From positions 4,898 through 68,897 of the forward strand of contig JBGTBV010000146.1 in NCBI GenBank assembly GCA_041749185.1: DNA of 64,000 bases, written 5' to 3'. Both the position numbers and the translations under genes were made by a program. The notes under the pieces were generated by a model. The model searched no databases, was not told where the DNA came from, and saw nothing but the letters and a program-made list of their open reading frames with translations. This DNA is from Daejeonella sp. GTDB taxonomy: Bacteria > Bacteroidota > Bacteroidia > Sphingobacteriales > Sphingobacteriaceae. Shown one piece after another: positions 30,052 through 39,261 of this stretch (position 1 is the stretch's first letter; every line of letters starts with the position of its first letter).

Positions 30052-30082
30052 CTTATATTCGTAAATATTAAAACTCACACCA

Positions 30083-31066
30083 TTGTCGAAAATTAAAAAA
30101 ATAGGCGTTTTTACATCGGGGGGTGATTCTCCTGGAATGAATGCCTGCATCAGGGCGGTCGTGCGGTCAAGCATATACATGGGATTAAAAGTAATGGGTA
30201 TCCGGCAAGGCTACCGCGGCATGCTCGAAAAAAACTTTTACCCGATGGATTCCCGCTCGGTGAGCAACATTATTCATTTGGGAGGCACTATTCTAAAAAC
30301 CGCCCGATGCGCAGATTTTCAAACCGAAGCTGGAATGGAAATAGCTTATCAAAACTTAAAGGCCGCCAAAATTGATGCGCTGGTGGCTATCGGCGGAGAT
30401 GGTACCGCAACCGGGGCAGAGCGCTTTTCTGAGAAATATAATGTGCCAGTCATTTGCATTCCGGGCACCATAGATAATGATCTGTACGGAACAGATTTTA
30501 CGCTCGGTTTTGATACTGCCAATAATACCGTGATTGAGGCTATTGATAAAATACGTGATACAGCAGATTCTCATGATCGTTTGTTTTTTATCGAAGTAAT
30601 GGGCCGGGATTCCGGCTGTATTGCCCTCCGCTCTGGTATTGCCGGCGGGGCCGAAGCTATTTTGCTTCCCGAAAGGGACACCGCCATTGATGAACTGATC
30701 CAAAAACTCGAAGAAGGCGCCCGAAGCAAAAAATCATCAAGCATTGTAATTGTAGCCGAGGGAGATAAAAACGGCGGTGCGTACGACGTGGCGAAGAGGG
30801 TTAAGGAAAAGTTTAATTTTTACGACACCAAGGTGACCATTTTGGGGCACCTGCAACGCGGCGGATCTCCGAGCAGCACAGACCGGGTTTTGGCATGCCG
30901 GTTCGGTTACGCTGCTGTGAAGGCGCTAATTGCCGGAGAGACCCGTCAAATTGTAGGCATACGCGGCAATTCAATCAAATTAACAAGTTTACACGAGGCT
31001 TTGAATTTGCACGAGTTTAAGCTTGAAGAAGATTTACTGGAGCTCACAACAATCCTATCCATATAG
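30083..31066 (+). CDS. pfkA: ATP-dependent 6-phosphofructokinase
   Basis: Motifs GVFTSGGDSPGMNA, IGGDGT, PGTIDND and MGRDSG. It must start at TTG 30083: an in-frame stop lies at 30062..30064, and the first in-frame ATG lies downstream of the conserved SGGD motif. Confidence 0.93.
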   Translation: MSKIKKIGVFTSGGDSPGMNACIRAVVRSSIYMGLKVMGIRQGYRGMLEKNFYPMDSRSVSNIIHLGGTILKTARCADFQTEAGMEIAYQNLKAAKIDALVAIGGDGTATGAERFSEKYNVPVICIPGTIDNDLYGTDFTLGFDTANNTVIEAIDKIRDTADSHDRLFFIEVMGRDSGCIALRSGIAGGAEAILLPERDTAIDELIQKLEEGARSKKSSSIVIVAEGDKNGGAYDVAKRVKEKFNFYDTKVTILGHLQRGGSPSSTDRVLACRFGYAAVKALIAGETRQIVGIRGNSIKLTSLHEALNLHEFKLEEDLLELTTILSI

Positions 31067-31067
31067 C

Positions 31068-31919
31068 ATGTTAGCCTTAATTTATAGCGGCTCGCGTTAT
31101 GCTAATTGGAAACTGTCCGAAAAAAAACAGATTGTCGAAGAATTCAGAACTTCGGGAATAAACCCTTTTTTTAACGACGAGAAGCATATTCTGCAACTGC
31201 TCAATAAACAAACCGCGTTAATTAACAATGCCGAAAAAATAAAACGGATCTACTTTTTCGGCGCTGGCGCCGCAACCGTAGAAAAGCAAAAAATTGTTGA
31301 GAACGCTTTCGCGAAGTTTTTCAGATACGCTAAAATTCAGGTAAATACAGATCTGCTGGCGGCCGCAATTGCGAGCTGCGACGAGAAAGAGGGAATTGTT
31401 GGCGTGTTGGGTAGCGGCTCTACCGCCGGGTATTTCAACGGCAGTCTGATTGAACCAAACAATTTCGGTTTGGGATATATCCTTGCCGATGAGGGTTCTG
31501 CCAATTGGCTGGGAAGACAACTTTTAAAAGATTATCTGTATGAAAAATTGCCCAAAGATCTGAATCAAAAGTTTATAAAAAAATACGATTTGAACCGCAG
31601 GGAAATTTTAGAACGGGTTTACAAACAGCAGCAACCCACACTGTTTTTAAGCTCATTTGTTGACTTTTTGATGGAAAACTATCAGCACAATTATGTAAAA
31701 ACTGTTGTATGTTACGGTTTTGATTTGTATATTAAAACGTATATTCTCCCCTTAAAAAAACAATATCCGCCAACACCTATTTACTTAGCAGGAACTGTGG
31801 CCTCAAATTTTGAAACCTGGTTAAGCGAGGTGGCTGCCAAAAATAACCTGGCTATCAGTTCGGTAATTAAAGAACCCATCAACAAATTGTTAACTTATTA
31901 CACCAATAAAAATAGTTAG
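31068..31919 (+). CDS. BadF/BadG/BcrA/BcrD-type ATPase (N-acetylglucosamine-kinase-like)
   Basis: Motifs YFFGAGAAT, GVLGSGSTAG and GLGYILADEGSANWLG. The ATG at 31068 lies 1 nt after the pfkA stop. Confidence 0.7.
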   Translation: MLALIYSGSRYANWKLSEKKQIVEEFRTSGINPFFNDEKHILQLLNKQTALINNAEKIKRIYFFGAGAATVEKQKIVENAFAKFFRYAKIQVNTDLLAAAIASCDEKEGIVGVLGSGSTAGYFNGSLIEPNNFGLGYILADEGSANWLGRQLLKDYLYEKLPKDLNQKFIKKYDLNRREILERVYKQQQPTLFLSSFVDFLMENYQHNYVKTVVCYGFDLYIKTYILPLKKQYPPTPIYLAGTVASNFETWLSEVAAKNNLAISSVIKEPINKLLTYYTNKNS

Positions 31920-32921
<1,002 letters not shown>

Positions 32922-33055
32922 TATTTGAGGTGTTGAAACGACAGTAATTTCTGGCCCAAACTGACCAATATTGTAGCAATATCAGCCTGGCGCCCGGCGA
33001 TTATGATTTGTTAACAAACCAGTTTGCACACCAATTATAGGGACAATTTTAAGTC

Positions 33056-33093
33056 AAAACCCTGCGTATTAAATAGTACGCAGGGTTTTTTTT
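33056..33093 (+). terminator. rho-independent terminator of the pfkA-gap operon
   Basis: A 9-bp GC-rich stem (ccctgcgta / tacgcaggg) with an 8-nt loop, followed by eight T. Confidence 0.85.
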
Positions 33094-33347
33094 GCCGCAT
33101 TTCGAAAGTATTAAGCGGGTGAGATTTAGAAAATCAAAGGCATCAAAGATCGCTTGGCACAGTCCCGTCTTCCGCTCATACTGCACAGGGCTTTAGCCAC
33201 GGGCCGGTATCCGCTGCACCCGGGTTTAGACCGAACGTCAGACTTTCAGAGCCCAGGTGTACAAAGTTTGAAATCTTAAGAATTTTCATGCTGCAGTCTG
33301 CTTCCGTAAGAGGTGCACCGCTCATTGGAAAGTATTATCTGCTTTTT

Positions 33348-33447
33348 GGAGTTTGCAATCCCGAAGTAAATAACGCTGGATTTAAAATCCGGAATATCTA
33401 AATAAGATTAAAAATCTTAAATTATATCCGTAGGGATTACAAATCCC
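33348..33447. repeat. array of four short palindromes (GGAGTTTGCAATCCC, GGATTTAAAATCC, AAGATTAAAAATCTT, GGGATTACAAATCCC) spaced about 27-29 bp apart
   Basis: Read directly. The centres lie near 33355, 33384, 33411 and 33440. Confidence 0.6.
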
Positions 33448-33450
33448 AAC

Positions 33451-33496
33451 AAGCGGCGTCAACTTATTCTCCAAAGCGGCAACAACTTATTTTCCA
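33451..33496. repeat. 23-nt tandem direct repeat (20/23 identical) spanning the stop codon of the iminopeptidase gene
   Basis: aagcggcgtcaacttattctcca is immediately followed by aagcggcaacaacttattttcca. Confidence 0.7.
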
Positions 33497-34503
33497 AAAC
33501 TGCCCCCATCCACATCATTTATGAATTTTATTACGCCGTTCATAAACGTTCGCTGGTCATCCCACATAGCCAGATGGCTGCCCTTGGGGCAGTACAAATA
33601 CCTGCCCTGCTGCACTTGTGTGCTCATCCATTTCATATGTTCCGGATCCATCGTATCATATTTGGCGCCCACGGTTAAAGTCGGAACAGTAATTTTCGGC
33701 AGGTCGGCTTTGATGTCCCAGGTGATGAGGCGACCGCCGGTTTTAAATTCGCTCGGTCCCTGCATCATTACATAAACCTGCTCGTTAATATGTTTAAAAC
33801 TGCGCATTACCGGCTCGGGCCAGGGTTGCAGGCGACATAAATGTTTGGTATAATATTCATCGAAAACCAATTGCTGGTAAACCGGATCTTTAAATTCCCC
33901 TTTGTCTTCGAAAGTTTGTAGCGAGTCAACCAGAGATTTTCGCATCTGACTGCGTAATACCCCATTATACTTCTCGTAATCAGGTATACTGGCCATCATG
34001 TTGCAAATAATCATGCCTTTTAAATGATCCTGATATTTCAAAGCGTATTCCATAGCCAGAATTCCGCCCCAGGAGTTTCCCAGAATATAGAAATTATCCT
34101 TATCTAAATTTAGGGCTTTTCTCACCTGCTCAACTTCTTCAACAAAGCGGCTGGTTGTCCATAAAATGCTGTCGGTTGGCTGGTCGCTATAATAAGATCC
34201 GAGCTGATCGTATTCAATCATCTCAAAACCTTCTGCGGGGAAGTAACTTTCAAAGGCTTCCATATATTCATGTGTCATGGCAGGGCCGCCATGCAGCAAC
34301 AGCACCTTAATCTTCGGATTGTTGCCAATGGTTTTGGTCCATACGTTAAACTTTCCGGCCGGGGTTTCAATAGGCACCATTTTTACTCCTCCCGCTAAAA
34401 CTCCTGAATCCGCCGCAGCGAAATAACTTTTAAGTGTAGTTTGTTTGTTTTGGCAGGATGCGAGGGCAAGCAGCAGCAGAAATAAAAGACTATATATTTT
34501 CAT
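33487..34503 (-). CDS. prolyl aminopeptidase / S33 alpha-beta hydrolase, lipoprotein
   Basis: Lipobox LALASC, oxyanion region LLHGGPAMTHEY, and the nucleophile elbow GNSWGG. Confidence 0.8.
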   Translation of the reverse strand: MKIYSLLFLLLLALASCQNKQTTLKSYFAAADSGVLAGGVKMVPIETPAGKFNVWTKTIGNNPKIKVLLLHGGPAMTHEYMEAFESYFPAEGFEMIEYDQLGSYYSDQPTDSILWTTSRFVEEVEQVRKALNLDKDNFYILGNSWGGILAMEYALKYQDHLKGMIICNMMASIPDYEKYNGVLRSQMRKSLVDSLQTFEDKGEFKDPVYQQLVFDEYYTKHLCRLQPWPEPVMRSFKHINEQVYVMMQGPSEFKTGGRLITWDIKADLPKITVPTLTVGAKYDTMDPEHMKWMSTQVQQGRYLYCPKGSHLAMWDDQRTFMNGVIKFINDVDGGSFGK

Positions 34504-34509
34504 TGAAGA

Positions 34510-36516
34510 TCAGTTTCTTTTAAATATTAATCCGGCGAGTGGAGGCAAATCAGTAATCAGCGATACAGATTTTCCCTGCCAGGGGATTTCATCGGAAGTG
34601 ATGTTCTCCGGGACAAGCTTCCCACTACCGTAATATTGCAATTCATCCGAATTCAAAACAGCCGTCCAGCTCCCGCTATGGGGCAAACCAATCCGGTAGC
34701 CCGGCCTTGGAACCGGGGTAAGATTTAAAGCAATAATCAGTTCATCGTCCGGGGTGTTTCCTTTTCGGGAATAAATTAAAACAGAATTATCGGCATCGCC
34801 GCCCTCTATCCACTCGAAGCCATCATAGGTAAAGCTTTTCTCATAAAGCGCCGGCTGGTTTCTGTATACATGATTGAGCGATTTAACCATTTTTTTAAGG
34901 CCCTGGTGCGATGCATATTCGAGCACATGCCAGTCTAAAGAAAAATTGTGGCTCCATTCCCTGCCCTGGCCAAACTCATCGCCCATAAACAGCAATTTAG
35001 TTCCCGGATGGGTAAACATGTAAAGATAAAGCAGGCGCAGGTTGGCAAATTTCTGCCACTCGTCACCGGGCATTTTGTTTATCAAGGAACCCTTTCCATG
35101 CACCACCTCATCATGCGAAAGCGGAAGCATAAAATTTTCTGTAAAAGCATACTCGGTGCTAAATGTAATGCGGTTGTGGTGATGCTTACGGAAATAGGGA
35201 TCTTTCTCAAAATAGCTCAAAGTATCATTCATCCAGCCCATCATCCATTTCATGCCAAAACCCAAGCCACCCATATAAACCGGCTTGCTTACGCCGGGAA
35301 AGGCGGTTGATTCCTCGGCAATGGTTTGCACATCGGGGAAATTGCCGTAAACTGCCTCGTTAAATTCTTGTAAAAAGCTAATGGCCTCCAGATTTTCGCG
35401 GCCGCCAAATTCGTTTGGAATCCATTCTCCCGCTTTACGCGAATAATCCAGATAAAGCATGGATGCTACCGCATCCACCCGCAATCCGTCGGCATGGTAG
35501 CGGTCTAACCAGAAAATTGCATTGCTGATCAGGAATGACCGCACCTCGTTTCTACCGTAATTAAATATGTACGATTTCCAATCGGGATGAAAGCCCTTGC
35601 GCATATCAGCATGCTCGAATAAATGGGTACCGTCAAAATTATAAAGTCCGTGGGCGTCGCCCGGGAAATGAGAAGGAACCCAATCCAAAAGCACCCCGAT
35701 GTTATTTTTGTGAAGCTCCTCAATTAAAAACATCAGATCTTGCGGCGTGCCAAACCGGGAGGAAGCGGCAAAATATCCGGTTATCTGGTAGCCCCAGGAT
35801 GGTGCAAAGGGATGCTCCATAATGGGCATGAACTCTACATGCGTAAACTCCATTTCAATCAGATATGGAATCAGCCGGTTGGCCATCTCGCGGTAGCTTA
35901 AAAATTCTTCTGGCGATTCCAGGCTACGTGCCCAGCTGCCAAAGTGCATTTCGTACACAGAAAAGGGCTTGTTTAACGCATTGCGGTCTGAACGTTGTTT
36001 CATCCAATCTTCATCTTTCCACTCGTACCACGTATCCCACACCATAGAAGCGGTAGAAGGCGGCTCTTCCCAGCGCAGGGCAAACGGGTCGCCTTTCTCC
36101 AGCTCTTCGCCAGAGTTTGAAACGATAAAATATTTATACAGCTCGCCGTTGCCAACCGCCGGAACAAAAGTTTCCCAAATTCCAGAATTATCCCAGCGGG
36201 CATGCATGGGCACAGATTGCCGGTCCCATCCATTAAAGTTTGCAGTGATGGATACAGAGCGGGCGTTAGGCGTCCAAACGGCAAAGTACGTACCCTTTTC
36301 CCCTGCATGGGTAACCACATGCGAACCAAGTTTTTCGTAGAGCTTAAAATGCTTCCCGGCTTTGAACAGGCTTATATCAAAATCTGTAAAGCGTGAATAA
36401 AATTGGGCGGACTCCGGCCCTGCAAGACGTTCTTTCTTGATAACCGACGATTTTGAATCCGCCACCCCCGCTTTATTTTTAATCTGCGGATCTGTAATCT
36501 TTTTTGCCTTCGCCAT
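34510..36516 (-). CDS. glgB: 1,4-alpha-glucan branching enzyme (GH13_9)
   Basis: GH13 regions DWVPSHF, GLRVDAVASMLY, IAEEST and LSHDEVVHGK, plus a CBM48-like N-terminal domain. I prefer the ATG at 36516 (MAKAKKITD...). Confidence 0.9.
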   Translation of the reverse strand: MAKAKKITDPQIKNKAGVADSKSSVIKKERLAGPESAQFYSRFTDFDISLFKAGKHFKLYEKLGSHVVTHAGEKGTYFAVWTPNARSVSITANFNGWDRQSVPMHARWDNSGIWETFVPAVGNGELYKYFIVSNSGEELEKGDPFALRWEEPPSTASMVWDTWYEWKDEDWMKQRSDRNALNKPFSVYEMHFGSWARSLESPEEFLSYREMANRLIPYLIEMEFTHVEFMPIMEHPFAPSWGYQITGYFAASSRFGTPQDLMFLIEELHKNNIGVLLDWVPSHFPGDAHGLYNFDGTHLFEHADMRKGFHPDWKSYIFNYGRNEVRSFLISNAIFWLDRYHADGLRVDAVASMLYLDYSRKAGEWIPNEFGGRENLEAISFLQEFNEAVYGNFPDVQTIAEESTAFPGVSKPVYMGGLGFGMKWMMGWMNDTLSYFEKDPYFRKHHHNRITFSTEYAFTENFMLPLSHDEVVHGKGSLINKMPGDEWQKFANLRLLYLYMFTHPGTKLLFMGDEFGQGREWSHNFSLDWHVLEYASHQGLKKMVKSLNHVYRNQPALYEKSFTYDGFEWIEGGDADNSVLIYSRKGNTPDDELIIALNLTPVPRPGYRIGLPHSGSWTAVLNSDELQYYGSGKLVPENITSDEIPWQGKSVSLITDLPPLAGLIFKRN

Positions 36517-36620
36517 GGATTTATTCTGTAAATATTCTCTTAAAATAAATATACTACAATTGTGTACGCCGCCGCAGCTACGGGTCAATAATTTTGTTGC
36601 TTGCAGGGCCCGCTTTTCTA

Positions 36621-36725
36621 CCGCATATCTTGTGCGGCTTATAGATTTTTGCGTGAGGGATTAACGCTGAAATACTTTTGTCTCGCCTCAAGCGAGAACA
36701 AAAGATTGAAGCAGGGCGTACGCCC
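36621..36725 (-). promoter_or_regulatory. three hairpin-forming elements in the GH31-glgB intergenic region
   Basis: The elements are ccgcatatcttgtgcgg, a 12-bp stem (cttttgtctcgc / gcgagaacaaaag, one bulge) and the perfect palindrome GGGCGTACGCCC. None has a canonical U-tract. Confidence 0.3.
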
Positions 36726-36791
36726 AACCTGAAATCAAGAGCACTAAATCTTTAGCTGATGTTGCTACTCAAAAATGGCAGCATCCTTAAA

Positions 36792-39254
36792 TTATTCTAA
36801 AATTTGTATCTGCTTAAAATTCTTATTTGACTTAAAGCGCAAACAGCCTTTTTCGTCCAGTCTAAACTCGGTAATTTCTTTACCGTCAACCGTAATGCGC
36901 TTAACCGCGAAGGGCAGCCCGATTACATTGTAATCATACGATTCATAAGTTGGGGTAAAAAGGCCTTCAATGTTCTGCTTCACAATCATTGTCGAAGCAT
37001 CACCTTTCACAACAAATTTTTTCTCGAGGTAAATATCCTGCTCATAGGCGAAGGTGTCGCCGTGATCCTCAAATAAAAACGAATTCACTTCGTAGGCCGC
37101 GTAATAAATGTTAAGCCAAAGTTCTTCAATATCTTTCTCGCCCACGTATTGCATTACCGGATACTCGGGCAATACCGAACCGGCTTTTACAAATACCGGC
37201 ATACTGCTTAAAGGAGCATGTACGCGGTGCTCGGCGCCGCCATCAAGCACCTGATGAGACCAGAAATGGTACCATTTACCTTCGGGAAGGTATACATTCT
37301 TAAATTCTGCGCCGGGTTGCATAACGGGAGCAACCAATATTTTATCGCCGAAAGTGAATTCATCTTCGAGGTAATGGGTAGCCGGGTTTTCCTGCTCGTG
37401 CATCACCACCGGCCTTATAATAGGAAAACCGTAGCGGTGATGTTCCCAAAAAGCGGAGTAGATATACGGCAATAACCGGTAACGCAGTTCAATAAATTTT
37501 CGGTTTATTTCCTCAAACTCCGGCCCGAAACTCCAGGGCTCCCGCTCGCGGGTATCTCCGGCCGAGTGGGCCCGCATGAGCGGAGAAAAAACGCCGAGTT
37601 GTATCCAACGGGTAAATAGCTCTGCGCTGGGCTCGCCGCTAAAACCGCCAATATCTGATCCGCAGAATGATATCCCCGAAATAGAAAGTCGCTGGCATTG
37701 TACGTTTGCCAGTTTTAAATGCTCCCACGATGCCACATTATCTCCCGTCCAAACCGAGGTGTAGCGCTGAACACCGGCATAGCCTGCCCTTGTAATGGTA
37801 AAGGGGCGCTTGTTTTTTTGAAGTTTCTTTAATCCATCGTAGGTAGAACGCACCATTTGCATGCCGTAAACGTTATGGGCCTTACGGTGTGATCCCCGAA
37901 ATCCATCGTAGTTATGACGAACATCATCAGGGAATGTGCCCGAGCCAAACACAGCGGGTTCGTTCATATCATTCCACACACCGGCTACGCCCGCATCTAC
38001 CAATTCTTTAAACAAACCACCCCACCAGGTTCTAACTTTAGGGTTGGTAAAATCGGGGAACTGGCAGCGACCGGGCCACACATGGCCCTCCATGAAATAA
38101 TCGTCGCAACGGCGGCAAAAATAATTGTTGGCTTTTCCTTCTTTAAAAACCCAGTAATTGTCGTCTACGCGGATTCCCGGATCAATAATTACCACGGTTT
38201 TAAAACCATCATCGGCGAGCTCCTTGATCATTCGCTTCGGGTCTGGAAAATATTTGCGGTTCCAGGTAAAGCAGCGGTAGCCATCCATGTAGTCAATATC
38301 CAGATAAATAGCGTCACAAGGAATTTTTCGCTCTCTGAAGTTGCGGGCGATATCTTTCACCTTCGACTCGGGATAATAGCTCCAGCGGCATTGATGAAAT
38401 CCTAAAGCCCATTTCGGCGGCATGGGATGTGTACCGGTTAAGGTATGATAACGTTTTACCACGTCCATCATGTGCGGACCGTGAATGTAATAATATTGAA
38501 GCTCACCGCCATCGGCCCAAAAGCTGGTCTTGCTATTATCCTGCTGGGCGAAATCAAAATGAGTGTGAAAGGTGTTCTCAAAAAAAATACCGTAGCTCTC
38601 ACCACCGGTGATGCCAATGTAGAATGGAATGGACTGATATAAAGGATCCTGATTACGGGAGAATGAATAAGCATCTGTATTCCAGTTATGAACCCGTTTT
38701 CCCCGCAGATTAAAGTCGGTTGCTTTATCGCCCATTCCGAAGAAGCTTTCATCATTTCCGCAGGTCTTGGTGGCGTACACGTAATAACCGCCAAAATCTG
38801 TGTTTTCTTCCCAGTGCATGGGCATCCTGTCGCTGTTTATGATCTTTTCATGATTATCAGCAAAAGAAATCAGGAAGTCTTCTTTACTTACCAGGCAGGT
38901 TACTGTGTTAGTAGACACCCGAAAGTGGGTTTCATCGTCCTTAAAACTTAATACCGTAACCCGTTGGGCCGGCTGATTTACAGCGTAAGAAAATTCTTCT
39001 AAGAAAACACCGTGCGGTGCCAGTTTAATTCGAATGATTTCATCGCTCACAACCCGAACTTCAACGATGGCATCACCATCAGAAAAATAAAAGGTATTGT
39101 CCTCCTGCTTAACCGAAATTACTTTGGTTAAATACTTTTTAACAATAGGCTGAAGGTTTAAAACCGGGTTGTTGAGGTGCTGAATTCCCGCTTCATTTTC
39201 TTCTAACTTTGCTAAGTTAATATCATCTGTTAACAGATCTTTAGTTTCTTCCAT
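36792..39254 (-). CDS. GH31 alpha-glucosidase
   Basis: Nucleophile region GVWNDMNEP and acid/base region VWTGDNVASW. No signal peptide seen. Confidence 0.9.
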   Translation of the reverse strand: MEETKDLLTDDINLAKLEENEAGIQHLNNPVLNLQPIVKKYLTKVISVKQEDNTFYFSDGDAIVEVRVVSDEIIRIKLAPHGVFLEEFSYAVNQPAQRVTVLSFKDDETHFRVSTNTVTCLVSKEDFLISFADNHEKIINSDRMPMHWEENTDFGGYYVYATKTCGNDESFFGMGDKATDFNLRGKRVHNWNTDAYSFSRNQDPLYQSIPFYIGITGGESYGIFFENTFHTHFDFAQQDNSKTSFWADGGELQYYYIHGPHMMDVVKRYHTLTGTHPMPPKWALGFHQCRWSYYPESKVKDIARNFRERKIPCDAIYLDIDYMDGYRCFTWNRKYFPDPKRMIKELADDGFKTVVIIDPGIRVDDNYWVFKEGKANNYFCRRCDDYFMEGHVWPGRCQFPDFTNPKVRTWWGGLFKELVDAGVAGVWNDMNEPAVFGSGTFPDDVRHNYDGFRGSHRKAHNVYGMQMVRSTYDGLKKLQKNKRPFTITRAGYAGVQRYTSVWTGDNVASWEHLKLANVQCQRLSISGISFCGSDIGGFSGEPSAELFTRWIQLGVFSPLMRAHSAGDTREREPWSFGPEFEEINRKFIELRYRLLPYIYSAFWEHHRYGFPIIRPVVMHEQENPATHYLEDEFTFGDKILVAPVMQPGAEFKNVYLPEGKWYHFWSHQVLDGGAEHRVHAPLSSMPVFVKAGSVLPEYPVMQYVGEKDIEELWLNIYYAAYEVNSFLFEDHGDTFAYEQDIYLEKKFVVKGDASTMIVKQNIEGLFTPTYESYDYNVIGLPFAVKRITVDGKEITEFRLDEKGCLRFKSNKNFKQIQILE

Positions 39255-39261
39255 ATAGATT

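Noticed and set aside
33290-33330. Resemblance of CCGUAAGAGGUGCACCGC to the conserved GGUAAGAGCGCACC helix of RNase P RNA, and of ACGGAAGCAGAC (minus strand) to the SRP RNA GGAAGCAGC motif.
   Set aside because: The obligatory partner motifs are absent nearby: the RNase P P4 strands GAGGAAAGUCCGGGC and ACAGAACCCGGCUUA, and the SRP GNRA-capped helix. I cannot support an RNA gene call without a covariance-model search.
33348-33447. Possible miniature CRISPR array, suggested by its regular repeat/spacer look.
   Set aside because: The period is only about 28 bp and the repeats are 13-15 nt and degenerate. There are only four units, and no cas genes occur anywhere in the window. I describe it as a palindrome array instead.
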